Source: Desulfovibrionaceae bacterium
GTDB lineage: Bacteria > Desulfobacterota > Desulfovibrionia > Desulfovibrionales > Desulfovibrionaceae
Length of the DNA: 64,000 nt
Direction: 5' to 3'
Assembly: GCA_031550525.1 (NCBI GenBank)
Contig: JAVBON010000026.1
Location: 16,704 to 80,703 of the forward strand
Shown: one piece after another, positions 45,636 to 53,682 of the stretch
How the letters are laid out: every line of letters begins with the position of its first letter
How positions within the stretch are numbered: position 1 is the first letter of the stretch
Position numbers and translations under genes: made by a program
The notes under the pieces: model-generated
The model's database searches: none
The model's input: the letters and a program-made list of their open reading frames with translations, nothing else
Told to the model about the DNA's origin: nothing

Positions 45636-46745
45636 ATGAGCCAAAACCGCATGCAAACAGCCGTTGCCGTTTTTCACCCGGAAGGGAATGTATCCAATAA
45701 TCCGCACCTTTGGGCGCTAACCCGCATTCTGCATGATAAAGGCATCAAGGTTGACGTATTTGCGCGGTTTGATGGGCGCAACCCTTATCAGGAGGATCCT
45801 TCCGCAGCGTACACCCCGCATGTGCTGCGCGGCAACGAGCCTATGCGGCTGCCCCACGGCAATTATGCCTTTGTATTGGGAGTGGACGAAGGTATTATTG
45901 AAGCGGCGGCAGAGGCCCAACGGCATGGTTTGCCCTATGCGCATATTTCTTACGAAATCTTTTTTGAAGACGAATTGGAACCATTCCCGGATTTTATGGC
46001 GCTTAACCATGCCATAAAGCCGGCGCTGAAAAATTCCAGATTTTCCGTGCTGCAGGATAATTTGCGCGCCAGGCTCTACGCCCTTGAGTACGGAGTGCCC
46101 CAGGAGCGCATCATGCAAATGCCCGTTGCAGGGGCCGCGGTTATTCCGTATCAGCCCAGCAACTACCTGCACACGCTTGCGGGGCTGCCCGCAAGCGCAA
46201 AAATACTGCTGCACATGGGCGTAATAGGCCAATGGGTTATGACGGACTGGCTTATAGAACGGGCCTCCACCCTGCCCCCGGACTGGGCCATGGTAATACA
46301 CGGGCGTTACGGAAAACCCGCCGACACCTCCAAATACGAGCATGAGCGGGTATATTACACCAACTGCCCCAAAGCCGATTTTGACCAAATGAAAGATCTG
46401 GTACAGTCCGCATCTTGCTGTGTCTCACTGTTCCGCAATTGGCCAACACACCCGCGCCTGATGAAAAACATCACAAATATAGGCCTTTCTTCAGGCAAAT
46501 GCTCCACCGCCCTGCAGCACGGCATCCCCGTTATGGTACAAAACGGGGGCGAAATGGCCGCGCTGGTGCGCGAGTATGCAGCCGGAATCTGCCTGAATAC
46601 AACTCCAGACCAATCTTTAGCCCTGCTGGAACAGCTTGCCCCGGTGGGGGATACCGTGGGCAACTGCCACAGGCTTTTTTCCGAGCGCTTGTCCATAAAC
46701 AACTTCATGCCCGAATTTATGGCGCGTATGGGGCTTTCCGCCTAA
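45636..46745 (+). CDS. Hypothetical protein, possibly a divergent GT-B-fold glycosyltransferase
   Basis: 369 aa. The only cues are its length, a two-lobed alpha/beta-like pattern and a C-terminal LSSGKCSTALQHGIPVMV...AALVREY segment. The family was not recognised. Confidence 0.4.
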   Translation: MSQNRMQTAVAVFHPEGNVSNNPHLWALTRILHDKGIKVDVFARFDGRNPYQEDPSAAYTPHVLRGNEPMRLPHGNYAFVLGVDEGIIEAAAEAQRHGLPYAHISYEIFFEDELEPFPDFMALNHAIKPALKNSRFSVLQDNLRARLYALEYGVPQERIMQMPVAGAAVIPYQPSNYLHTLAGLPASAKILLHMGVIGQWVMTDWLIERASTLPPDWAMVIHGRYGKPADTSKYEHERVYYTNCPKADFDQMKDLVQSASCCVSLFRNWPTHPRLMKNITNIGLSSGKCSTALQHGIPVMVQNGGEMAALVREYAAGICLNTTPDQSLALLEQLAPVGDTVGNCHRLFSERLSINNFMPEFMARMGLSA

Positions 46746-47088
46746 TCGCGCCACACCGTGTTGGAAAGCGGCATACCGCGACCTCTATGCACAAACATAT
46801 ATTCTAAAACAGATTATTATTGCCAACCAGCGGAAAAATAACGTAAATTTCCGTTTAGACGTAATCCATAAAGCCCTTCGACTTTTTCAAGGTTAAAATG
46901 CTCTGGCCGCAAGGTGAAACATGAAGCCATTTACGGCGGTTACGCTAAAAATGCCGGATATAGCCCCATGGCTGGTTGCAGTTGACTGGAAAATGTGAAA
47001 TTAGAAGCAATCTGCACATGAAAATTAAAACTGCCGGGCCGAAAAAATTACATCTTGGCATCATACTGGTAGTTAAGGATATTTCCTG

Positions 47089-48168
47089 ATGGAAGAAAAA
47101 TACCGTAGAAAAAGGCCCGCGGGCATGACCATAGTGGAAGCCCAGTCCGAAGCCCATAAAATAGCTTTTTACCCCATGCTCTTTCAGGCAGTGCGCTCGC
47201 TTATAAACTTTGGCGTGCTTGAAGCCGTGGTGGAGCGTAAAAAAAACGGCGCAAGCCTGCCGGAGCTGGCCAGGCTTTGTTCCATATCGGATTACGCGGC
47301 GGCCCTGCTGCTGGACATAGCCGTTCATGCCGACATAATGCTGCTGGAAAACGGCCTCTACAAGCCCACCAAGCTGGGCGAATGCCTGCTGGAAGACAAA
47401 AGCGTGCGCGCCAATATGGATTTTATGCACGATGTTTGTTACCAGGGCGCATTTTATCTTGAAGAATCCTTCAAAAGCGGCAAGCCTGAAGGGCTTAGGG
47501 TATTCGGCGACTGGAACACGGTTTATCAGGGCCTGTCACAACTTCCGCCCAAGGCGCATGAGAGCTGGTTTAAGTTTGACAACCTTTATTCCGATTTAGC
47601 CTTTGAGCAGGCGGCAAAAATAGTACTCGCAGGCTCTCCCGCCCTTGTTTACGACATAGGCGGCAATACCGCGCGCTTCGACCTGACCATACTTAATGCC
47701 GACCCCGATGTGAAAGTGCGCATCTTCGACCTTGAGCAGCAACTGCCCAAAGCCCGCCAGACCTTGGAAAAAGCAGGGCTCATGCATAGGGCCGAACTAC
47801 ACCCCGTAAACATGCTTGACAGCGAGACGCAAATACCCCCCGGCGCCGACGCCATGTGGATGAGCCAGTTTCTGGATTGTTTCAGCCCTGGCGAAATTAT
47901 GGGCATACTGCAAAAACTGGCCGGAGCCATGGGCGAAAACACCCGCCTGTTCATACTTGAGCCGTTTATAGACAAGCAAAACCGCGCGGCCGCGCTATCG
48001 CTACTAAACACGTCGCTGTACTTTACCTGCATAGCCAACGGCAACAGCCGCATGTACCACCAGTGCGACATGCTGGAATTTTTGGAACGCGCCGGGCTTA
48101 AGCTGCACAAAGCTCACCAGGGCATAGGCCGCTTCAACTATACATTGCTGGAATGCACCAAACCCTGA
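47089..48168 (+). CDS. O-methyltransferase family 2-like SAM methyltransferase with an N-terminal winged-helix/dimerisation region
   Basis: LINFGVLEAV...LVYDIGGNTARF...VRIFDLEQ...ADAMWMSQFLDCF matches the Methyltransf_2 architecture. Confidence 0.7.
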   Translation: MEEKYRRKRPAGMTIVEAQSEAHKIAFYPMLFQAVRSLINFGVLEAVVERKKNGASLPELARLCSISDYAAALLLDIAVHADIMLLENGLYKPTKLGECLLEDKSVRANMDFMHDVCYQGAFYLEESFKSGKPEGLRVFGDWNTVYQGLSQLPPKAHESWFKFDNLYSDLAFEQAAKIVLAGSPALVYDIGGNTARFDLTILNADPDVKVRIFDLEQQLPKARQTLEKAGLMHRAELHPVNMLDSETQIPPGADAMWMSQFLDCFSPGEIMGILQKLAGAMGENTRLFILEPFIDKQNRAAALSLLNTSLYFTCIANGNSRMYHQCDMLEFLERAGLKLHKAHQGIGRFNYTLLECTKP

Positions 48169-48189
48169 CCATACGTAAATATACAGCGT

Positions 48190-48343
48190 TTACTGATAAC
48201 ATCCCGCTGGGTGGCCTTATTTTGTCCGCCTTGCGGGATGTTATCAGTAATGCGTTATAAAAAATAATATTGTTACACCCGCTAATGGCCTGCCCCCTGT
48301 CTACTTGACAGGGGGCAGGCCATTAGCGGGTGGTTTTTTGTTT
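48190..48343 (+). terminator. Two consecutive long hairpins ending the locus; the second is a strong intrinsic terminator
   Basis: The first hairpin pairs 48190-48207 (TTACTGATAACATCCCGC) with 48233-48250. The second, at 48276-48332, is CACCCGCTAATGGCCTGCCCCCTGTC-TACTT-GACAGGGGGCAGGCCATTAGCGGGTG followed by GTTTTTTGTTT. Confidence 0.8.
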
Positions 48344-48619
48344 CGCTTCGTACTCCCGCTCAACGGGTTGAAGCCGCAATATAGAGAACGTCCCGGCTTG
48401 TTCAGCCGGGACGTTACGGGCAGCCCGAGGCCTGACTGCCGTTTGCCATTGGCGGCTGGGGCTTTCGCCTTACATGTCCGCAAGGTCAGCATTGCTCTGC
48501 CGGAATCCATCAGCCTTACGGCGCCCGGAATGGAAACCGGCGGCAATTTAAACCGCATACCGCGCAACACAGAACAGTTAAAATATATTCCGGCCTACAT
48601 GCGATTAAACAGCACGGCT

Positions 48620-48768
48620 AGGTTGTGTCGACATTCAGAGTAATTTTGCTCTCTGGCAAGGAATCAAGGCTTTAAACCGAAAGAGTATACTCTTAAGGTA
48701 TTCGACTGAGGGTCAAAGCCTTGCTGACGCAGACAGCGGGCAAAAGCGCCTGAATGTCGACACCACCT
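48620..48768 (+). mobile_element. 149-bp MITE-like element, copy B (same orientation as copy A)
   Basis: AGGTTGTGTCGACATTCAGAG ... CCTGAATGTCGACACCACCT, with the same central AAGAGTATACTCTT palindrome. Confidence 0.8.
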
Positions 48769-49176
48769 AAAACATCGCACAATTTTTAACGCTCCTCATG
48801 CCACGGCGTATCACTCTGGCTGCGGCACAGTATAAGGCCTTCGGAGAAAAAAAATTCCGCCAAAACTATGCAGATACATTGAACTTCCAGATAGCTCGGA
48901 CTGCCTTACGCCTAAACCGCTTAATGCACTTGGCGTGCCAAAATCCGTCCTTTAAAATCAGATAATCTATTTATAAAAAACTTATACATAAATTACACGA
49001 TAATAAAATATATATTTATATATTGTGTAATTTTACACTTATAATATGCGGTTTATGCCCGTGGCGTTGTCTAGGAAAACAATACAATCGCATATTGGCA
49101 CATGCCACTTTTTCCGGCCAAACAAAGCCGCAGGCCCGCCGCATCCGGCATGCGCCGCAAGTGACAAATAAACGGC

Positions 49177-49226
49177 GTATAACATATGCCCCCGGCGCAT
49201 GCATGTGCCGGGAGCATATGTTATAC
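49177..49226 (-). terminator. Long imperfect palindrome downstream of the SDR gene
   Basis: GTATAACATATGCCCCCGGCGCATGCATGTGCCGGGAGCATATGTTATAC. Confidence 0.45.
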
Positions 49227-49253
49227 AAACCGCTTTGAAATGATGTGTTGCCT

Positions 49254-50000
49254 TTACAAAACCGATTTTCCGCCATCTACCGTAAGAGCGACGCCGGTGC
49301 AGTAAGAAGCCTCGTCACTGGCCAAGAACAGCGCGGCCAAAGCCACTTCGCGCGGCTTGGCGCTACGGCCCATGGGCACCGACGGCAGCACCAGCTTTTC
49401 AAAGTCGCAGCCTTCAGGAATAAGCTCGGTATTGGTCAGGCCAGGCAAAACGGAGTTTACGCGGATGCCGCGCTTGGCATATTCCACAGCCAAAGCTCTG
49501 GTAAACTGCAGCACCGCGCCCTTACTGGCGCAGTAAGAGGCGTACTGGTCCAGCCCCTCTATGGCCGCCAGGGAAGCGGTGTTGACAATGGAGCCCTTGC
49601 CCTTTTTAAGCATGGGCCGCACCGCCAGGCTGGTGAGCATGAAGTAAGACTTTATGTTCAGGTTGAACACAGCGTCATAATGCTTGGCCACGTCCATCTC
49701 TTCCAGCCTAAAGGGTACGGAATGCCCCGCGTTGTTCACCAGCACGTCAATGCCGCCATAGGTTGCAACGGCTTTATCCACCAGCGTTTTCAAATCTTCT
49801 TCTTTGGTCACGTCGGCCTGCACAAACATGGCCTCGCCACCAGCCGCCTTTATCTCCTGCTGGATTTTATCGCCCAGCTCCTTTCTGCGGCCGCAAAAAA
49901 CCACCTTGGCCCCTTCCTCGGCAAAAAGCACCGCAATAGCCTTGCCTATACCAGAAGTAGCGCCGGAAATAAGCGCGACCTTGCCATCCAAACGTTTCAT
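49254..50000 (-). CDS. Short-chain dehydrogenase/reductase
   Basis: I moved the start to the ATG at 50000, which has AGGAGG upstream. Contains MKRLDGKVALISGATSGIGKA, NNAG and YCASKGA. Confidence 0.88.
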   Translation of the reverse strand: MKRLDGKVALISGATSGIGKAIAVLFAEEGAKVVFCGRRKELGDKIQQEIKAAGGEAMFVQADVTKEEDLKTLVDKAVATYGGIDVLVNNAGHSVPFRLEEMDVAKHYDAVFNLNIKSYFMLTSLAVRPMLKKGKGSIVNTASLAAIEGLDQYASYCASKGAVLQFTRALAVEYAKRGIRVNSVLPGLTNTELIPEGCDFEKLVLPSVPMGRSAKPREVALAALFLASDEASYCTGVALTVDGGKSVL

Positions 50001-50040
50001 AGGATCCCTCCTGATAATTTCTCTAATTGATGAAGCCAGA

Positions 50041-50111
50041 TTTATGATATCTGGGCTCCGCCCAGACCCGCAAGGGGATTGAATCCCCTTGACCCCGCAA
50101 CTATTATAAAA
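50041..50111 (-). repeat. Short-form intergenic repeat, reverse orientation
   Basis: TGAAGCCAGATTTATGATATCTGGGCTCCGCCCAGACCCGCAAGGGGATTGAATCCCCTTGACCCCGCAAC. Confidence 0.85.
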
Positions 50112-50193
50112 ATAAGTATCTTCAACATTCCTAACGCAAGTCTTGTTACCAGTTAGGCACATCAAATTAAACGCAACCTGAAATAAAACTTAT

Positions 50194-50393
50194 GCTGGTC
50201 AAAGGGTTGAAACTCGCAAAGGCCGTGCCTCAAACCTGCCATTCGCATTAGTTACCTTCCTTGGGCTACGCAGTATGCGCGCTGGCGCTCAAAGCGACAA
50301 GGCGGGCAAAATCCGGCTTGGCCGGTTTTGCATATTCCCGCCGCCAGAGCGGTCTGAAGCCCGGCGCCCCGGTTACTATAAAATATGGCTTCA
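50194..50393 (+). repeat. Long-form (~200 bp) intergenic repeat, copy 1
   Basis: Shares the whole core with 59203-59404 (...GAAACTCGCAAAGGCCGTG...GGGCTACGCAGTATGCGCGCTGGCGCTCAAAGCGACAAGGCGGGCAAAATCCGGCTTGGCCGGTTTTGCATATTCCCGCCGCCAGAGCGGTCT...). Confidence 0.8.
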
Positions 50394-50404
50394 TCCTCTT
50401 TATC

Positions 50405-51691
50405 TTATATTCCGCACCATTCAACTATGGCTAGCGCATACATTTTGGCGGCTTCAACAAGCTGCTGCACGGCCACTTTTTCTTCGGTGCCGTGGGTGTA
50501 TTTGGTTTCGCCTGGGCCCAGCACTACTACCGGGATATTTTTTTCATGAATGAACGAGGCGTCGCATACCGCGAACATACCTGTAAAATCGCCGCCATCG
50601 GGCCTTACCGTTTTTACGGCTTTTTGCACGGTTTTGCAAAACTCGTGCTCGGAGGATACGTCGAAAGAAGGCCAGTTAAAAATCCAGGTAATTTCCGGCG
50701 GGTTGGCGCGCAGCCACGGGTCGGTATTACAGTAATTGCGCACCTGTTCTTCCACCTCTTTTATTATCTGATCGGGCGTATCTTGCGGCGGGTACCAGAT
50801 GGAATAGGACATTTCCATATTATCAGGCACAAAACTTGGGCCTTGCCCGGCCTTGATGGTGGCGGCGTTTATGCAGAAGTTGCCGATTTTATACATAGGG
50901 TGCTTTTTGGTCTGGCCCCACTGGCGCTCCAAATCTTTAAGAGCCTGGTAAACTATCATGCCCTTTTCAATGGCGTCCACGCCCACTTCGGCCCCGGCCC
51001 CGCCGTCGCGTACCACTTCGCGCCGCAGCCCCGCGTGCACGGATTTGCCCTTGACCGACCACTTCATTTCAAAAATGCCGGAAGAGGCGGTGTTTATCTC
51101 AAAAGGCTGGCCGGAACAGGTAGGTTCCACCACAATGGCCCCGTCGGCAAGATACCCCTTGTCCAACACCGCGCCAGTGCCCACTTCCGTAGCCTTGCAT
51201 TCCTCGCCCGCCACATGCTGGATAATTACGTCGCCCTTGGGCTGCAAACCGGCCTTGAGCAAGGCCTTTAGCGCAAAAACCGTGGCGGCGTTGCCGCCCT
51301 TCATATCCACGGAGCCGCGCCCGTGAATCCAGCCGTTCTCCACCTTGCCGCTAAAGGGGTCGCCATCCTTCCAGGCGGTTTCGCCGGGCGGCACCACATC
51401 CACATGGCCGTTAAACAGCAGCGATTTTCCGCCGCCCTGGCCCTTGTGCACGCCCACCAGGTTATGCCTGCCGTTCACAGCCGCGAACAGATCCGTTTTC
51501 AGCCCGGCTTCTTCCATAACCTTTTGCATGTAGCGGTTTACCTTGGTTTCTCCGTCTTCATAAGCCGGCAGGCTTATGCCGAACTCCGGCGACACGCTCT
51601 GTATCTTCACCGTGTCCGAAACCACCTGGGTAAGTTCGTCCTTCAAGCTTTCAACGCTGTCGTAAATCTTTTTCTTCAAGCTTTCGTCCAT
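50405..51691 (-). CDS. M20 family metallopeptidase (ArgE/DapE-like deacylase)
   Basis: GHVDVVPPGE, GRGSVDMKGG and EECKATE(V)GTG match the M20 metal-binding motifs. Confidence 0.85.
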   Translation of the reverse strand: MDESLKKKIYDSVESLKDELTQVVSDTVKIQSVSPEFGISLPAYEDGETKVNRYMQKVMEEAGLKTDLFAAVNGRHNLVGVHKGQGGGKSLLFNGHVDVVPPGETAWKDGDPFSGKVENGWIHGRGSVDMKGGNAATVFALKALLKAGLQPKGDVIIQHVAGEECKATEVGTGAVLDKGYLADGAIVVEPTCSGQPFEINTASSGIFEMKWSVKGKSVHAGLRREVVRDGGAGAEVGVDAIEKGMIVYQALKDLERQWGQTKKHPMYKIGNFCINAATIKAGQGPSFVPDNMEMSYSIWYPPQDTPDQIIKEVEEQVRNYCNTDPWLRANPPEITWIFNWPSFDVSSEHEFCKTVQKAVKTVRPDGGDFTGMFAVCDASFIHEKNIPVVVLGPGETKYTHGTEEKVAVQQLVEAAKMYALAIVEWCGI

Positions 51692-51927
51692 GTGCGCAGC
51701 CCCTTCATGAAATTATATTAAGGAGTTTGTCAGATCGAATTGACTCGGCACGTCCTGTGCCTCGCCCTTCGGGCACCGTCACTTCGTTCCGGTGTCCAAT
51801 TCCGCTTTCCTGCGGAATTGTCGAGGCTCCGCCTCGAGCTCAGCAAGTGTAGCTCGTATTGCACTAGCACAACAGTTTTTGGCTGAAAAGTTATACAGCA
51901 GGCAAAACTGTTGGGGTGCTAATTTCG

Positions 51928-51943
51928 AGCCCCTTGACCCGCA
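51928..51943 (-). repeat. 5'-end module of the repeat family (degenerate copy; the core probably spans ~51720-51945)
   Basis: The reverse complement reads GCGGGTCAAGGGGCTC. The adjacent GC-rich hairpin core resembles the cores at 6132-6248 and 15540-15700. Confidence 0.4.
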
Positions 51944-52031
51944 TAAATTATTATTGGTGCGTATTTCTGATTGTAAAACAAGTTGCTTTACCTGCCCGCG
52001 CCAGCGAAATAAATATTCCAAAAAAATTCTT

Positions 52032-53159
52032 CTACATTACCTGACAAACCAACGTTTCCTGATACCCTACAATCACTTTGCGGTAGCCGCGCAACTGGCT
52101 GTTCAGGGCCTCGTCGCCGGTATCCACAAACAGTCGCTGGTCGGCCAGGGAGTAAATTTTGGCGGCGGCAGCCACCACCCAGATACGTTCCGGGCCGATT
52201 TGCCGTATAACAGCAGGGCTTAGCTGCTGGTTGCCGCGCCCGAAAATATGGCCCTGTCCGCCTATGGCGGTTATGATAAGCCGGCACGGGTGCTTGGCGC
52301 TTATAGCCAAAAGGTCGGCCTCCGTAGCATCTTTGACTAAAAATTTGCCGTTTTGCACCACATCCACGCCCAAGAGTGAGCCTTCCAGCCCCAAATGGCG
52401 CATCACCGCCATAACAGTGCTGCCCGCGCCGAAAATATAGCAGACAGCAGGGTCATTCGCCTCACTAATACGTTCTTCAATCTCGTGGCACAGGCCGCTT
52501 ACATCGCCGGCCTGGTGGTGGCTGGCGGCCTTGGGGTTTTGCATCACCCCGCGTATGGAAGGCACGGAAAGATAGCCGTACAGCCTGGCCTGCAAACGGC
52601 CCGCCCTGTACTCGGCCTCGTCTATATCCATAACCTCGGCGTCGTGCAGCTCCACCGCGCCGTTAAGCGCGGCATAGGCGGCCTTACCGGCGGCAAAAGG
52701 GCTGGTAGCGTAAACGCCCGAATGAATTTTAACCCCCGCCGGCACGCCCACCACCGGCAGCCCTGCCGGAACAGCGGCGCAAATATTACGCGCCGTGCCG
52801 TCGCCACCCGCGAACAGCAGCACATCAACAGGCAGAACCGCAAGCTGCCGCGCCACGGCTTCGGTATCCGCCGCACTGGTAAAAACTCCACCCTGCCCCG
52901 CGCCTTGCAGAACCGTAACCTTAAAACCCATGGATGCGGCCAACGCCGCGCCCATTTCCCCTGCTCCGGCATACACCTCAAGCTCGCCCGCCAGCGGCAT
53001 AAGCTGCTCCAGCGCCTGCCCGGCCTTGATTCCGGCCTTTTTAACCGCACCGCGCGCCAAAGCCTCGGCCTGCACATCCGCGCCGTCGCTGCCCTTGAGC
53101 GCCACAGCACCGCCAATTCCGGCCACAGGGTTGATTATAAGTCCAAGTTTTTTAGGCAT
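52032..53159 (-). CDS. ATP-NAD kinase family protein (AcoX-like)
   Basis: LGLIINPVAGIGGAVALKGSDG...LLFAGGDGTARNI...VVGVPAGVKIHSGV. Confidence 0.75.
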   Translation of the reverse strand: MPKKLGLIINPVAGIGGAVALKGSDGADVQAEALARGAVKKAGIKAGQALEQLMPLAGELEVYAGAGEMGAALAASMGFKVTVLQGAGQGGVFTSAADTEAVARQLAVLPVDVLLFAGGDGTARNICAAVPAGLPVVGVPAGVKIHSGVYATSPFAAGKAAYAALNGAVELHDAEVMDIDEAEYRAGRLQARLYGYLSVPSIRGVMQNPKAASHHQAGDVSGLCHEIEERISEANDPAVCYIFGAGSTVMAVMRHLGLEGSLLGVDVVQNGKFLVKDATEADLLAISAKHPCRLIITAIGGQGHIFGRGNQQLSPAVIRQIGPERIWVVAAAAKIYSLADQRLFVDTGDEALNSQLRGYRKVIVGYQETLVCQVM

Positions 53160-53631
53160 AATAGATTATTTTCAGGGGTTGTTTTTGCCTCCGGCGGGCG
53201 GGCTCCGCCCTGCACCCGCTGGGGTCAATGACCCCAGACCCCATTGGGGTACGCCGGAGGTGGTGCTTGCTGTTGTTATGTGTGCCTGCCGGTAGCTCCC
53301 GCTGGGAACTGCCGGGCTTTTTCGCTGCGTAGCGAGAACACATCTAAATTTTTAGCCATAATCGCCTAAACCATACAAATGCAGCATCAGGGCAAACCAC
53401 CCCAATAATCAGCAAGGTGCGCCCCCGCCGCTTGCCCGCGCGGTGAAAACCGTACAATAAATTTCGAGCGCCCAAGCGCTATAATGGGGTCTGGGGCCTG
53501 AAAGAGCATCGCCACAAGTACTACCACTTTTTCGTTCGTCGATGTAAAACCGTTGTGCCTTGGCGGCACGTGCCACACCAGCCGCCGGAGGCAAAAAACA
53601 ATCATAAAAAATATTAAACAAAAAATATTCC

Positions 53632-53675
53632 CCCAAAAACACCGCGGCTGACCGGCTTTCACGCCGGTCAGCCGC
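53632..53675 (-). terminator. Rho-independent terminator after gcvPB
   Basis: The reverse strand reads GCGGCTGACCGGC-GTGAAA-GCCGGTCAGCCGC followed by GGTGTTTTTGGGGG. Confidence 0.7.
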
Positions 53676-53682
53676 TTAACAT

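Noticed and set aside
44757-45707. 316-aa reverse-strand ORF
   Set aside because: It is antisense to the 44763-45539 methyltransferase, which carries the VLDLGCGTG SAM-binding motif. It also crosses an intergenic gap without any RBS.
48305-48643. 112-aa plus-strand ORF in the gene-free region
   Set aside because: It begins inside the stem of the strong terminator hairpin at 48276-48332. It has no RBS, and its Arg/Pro/Leu-rich translation shows no motifs.
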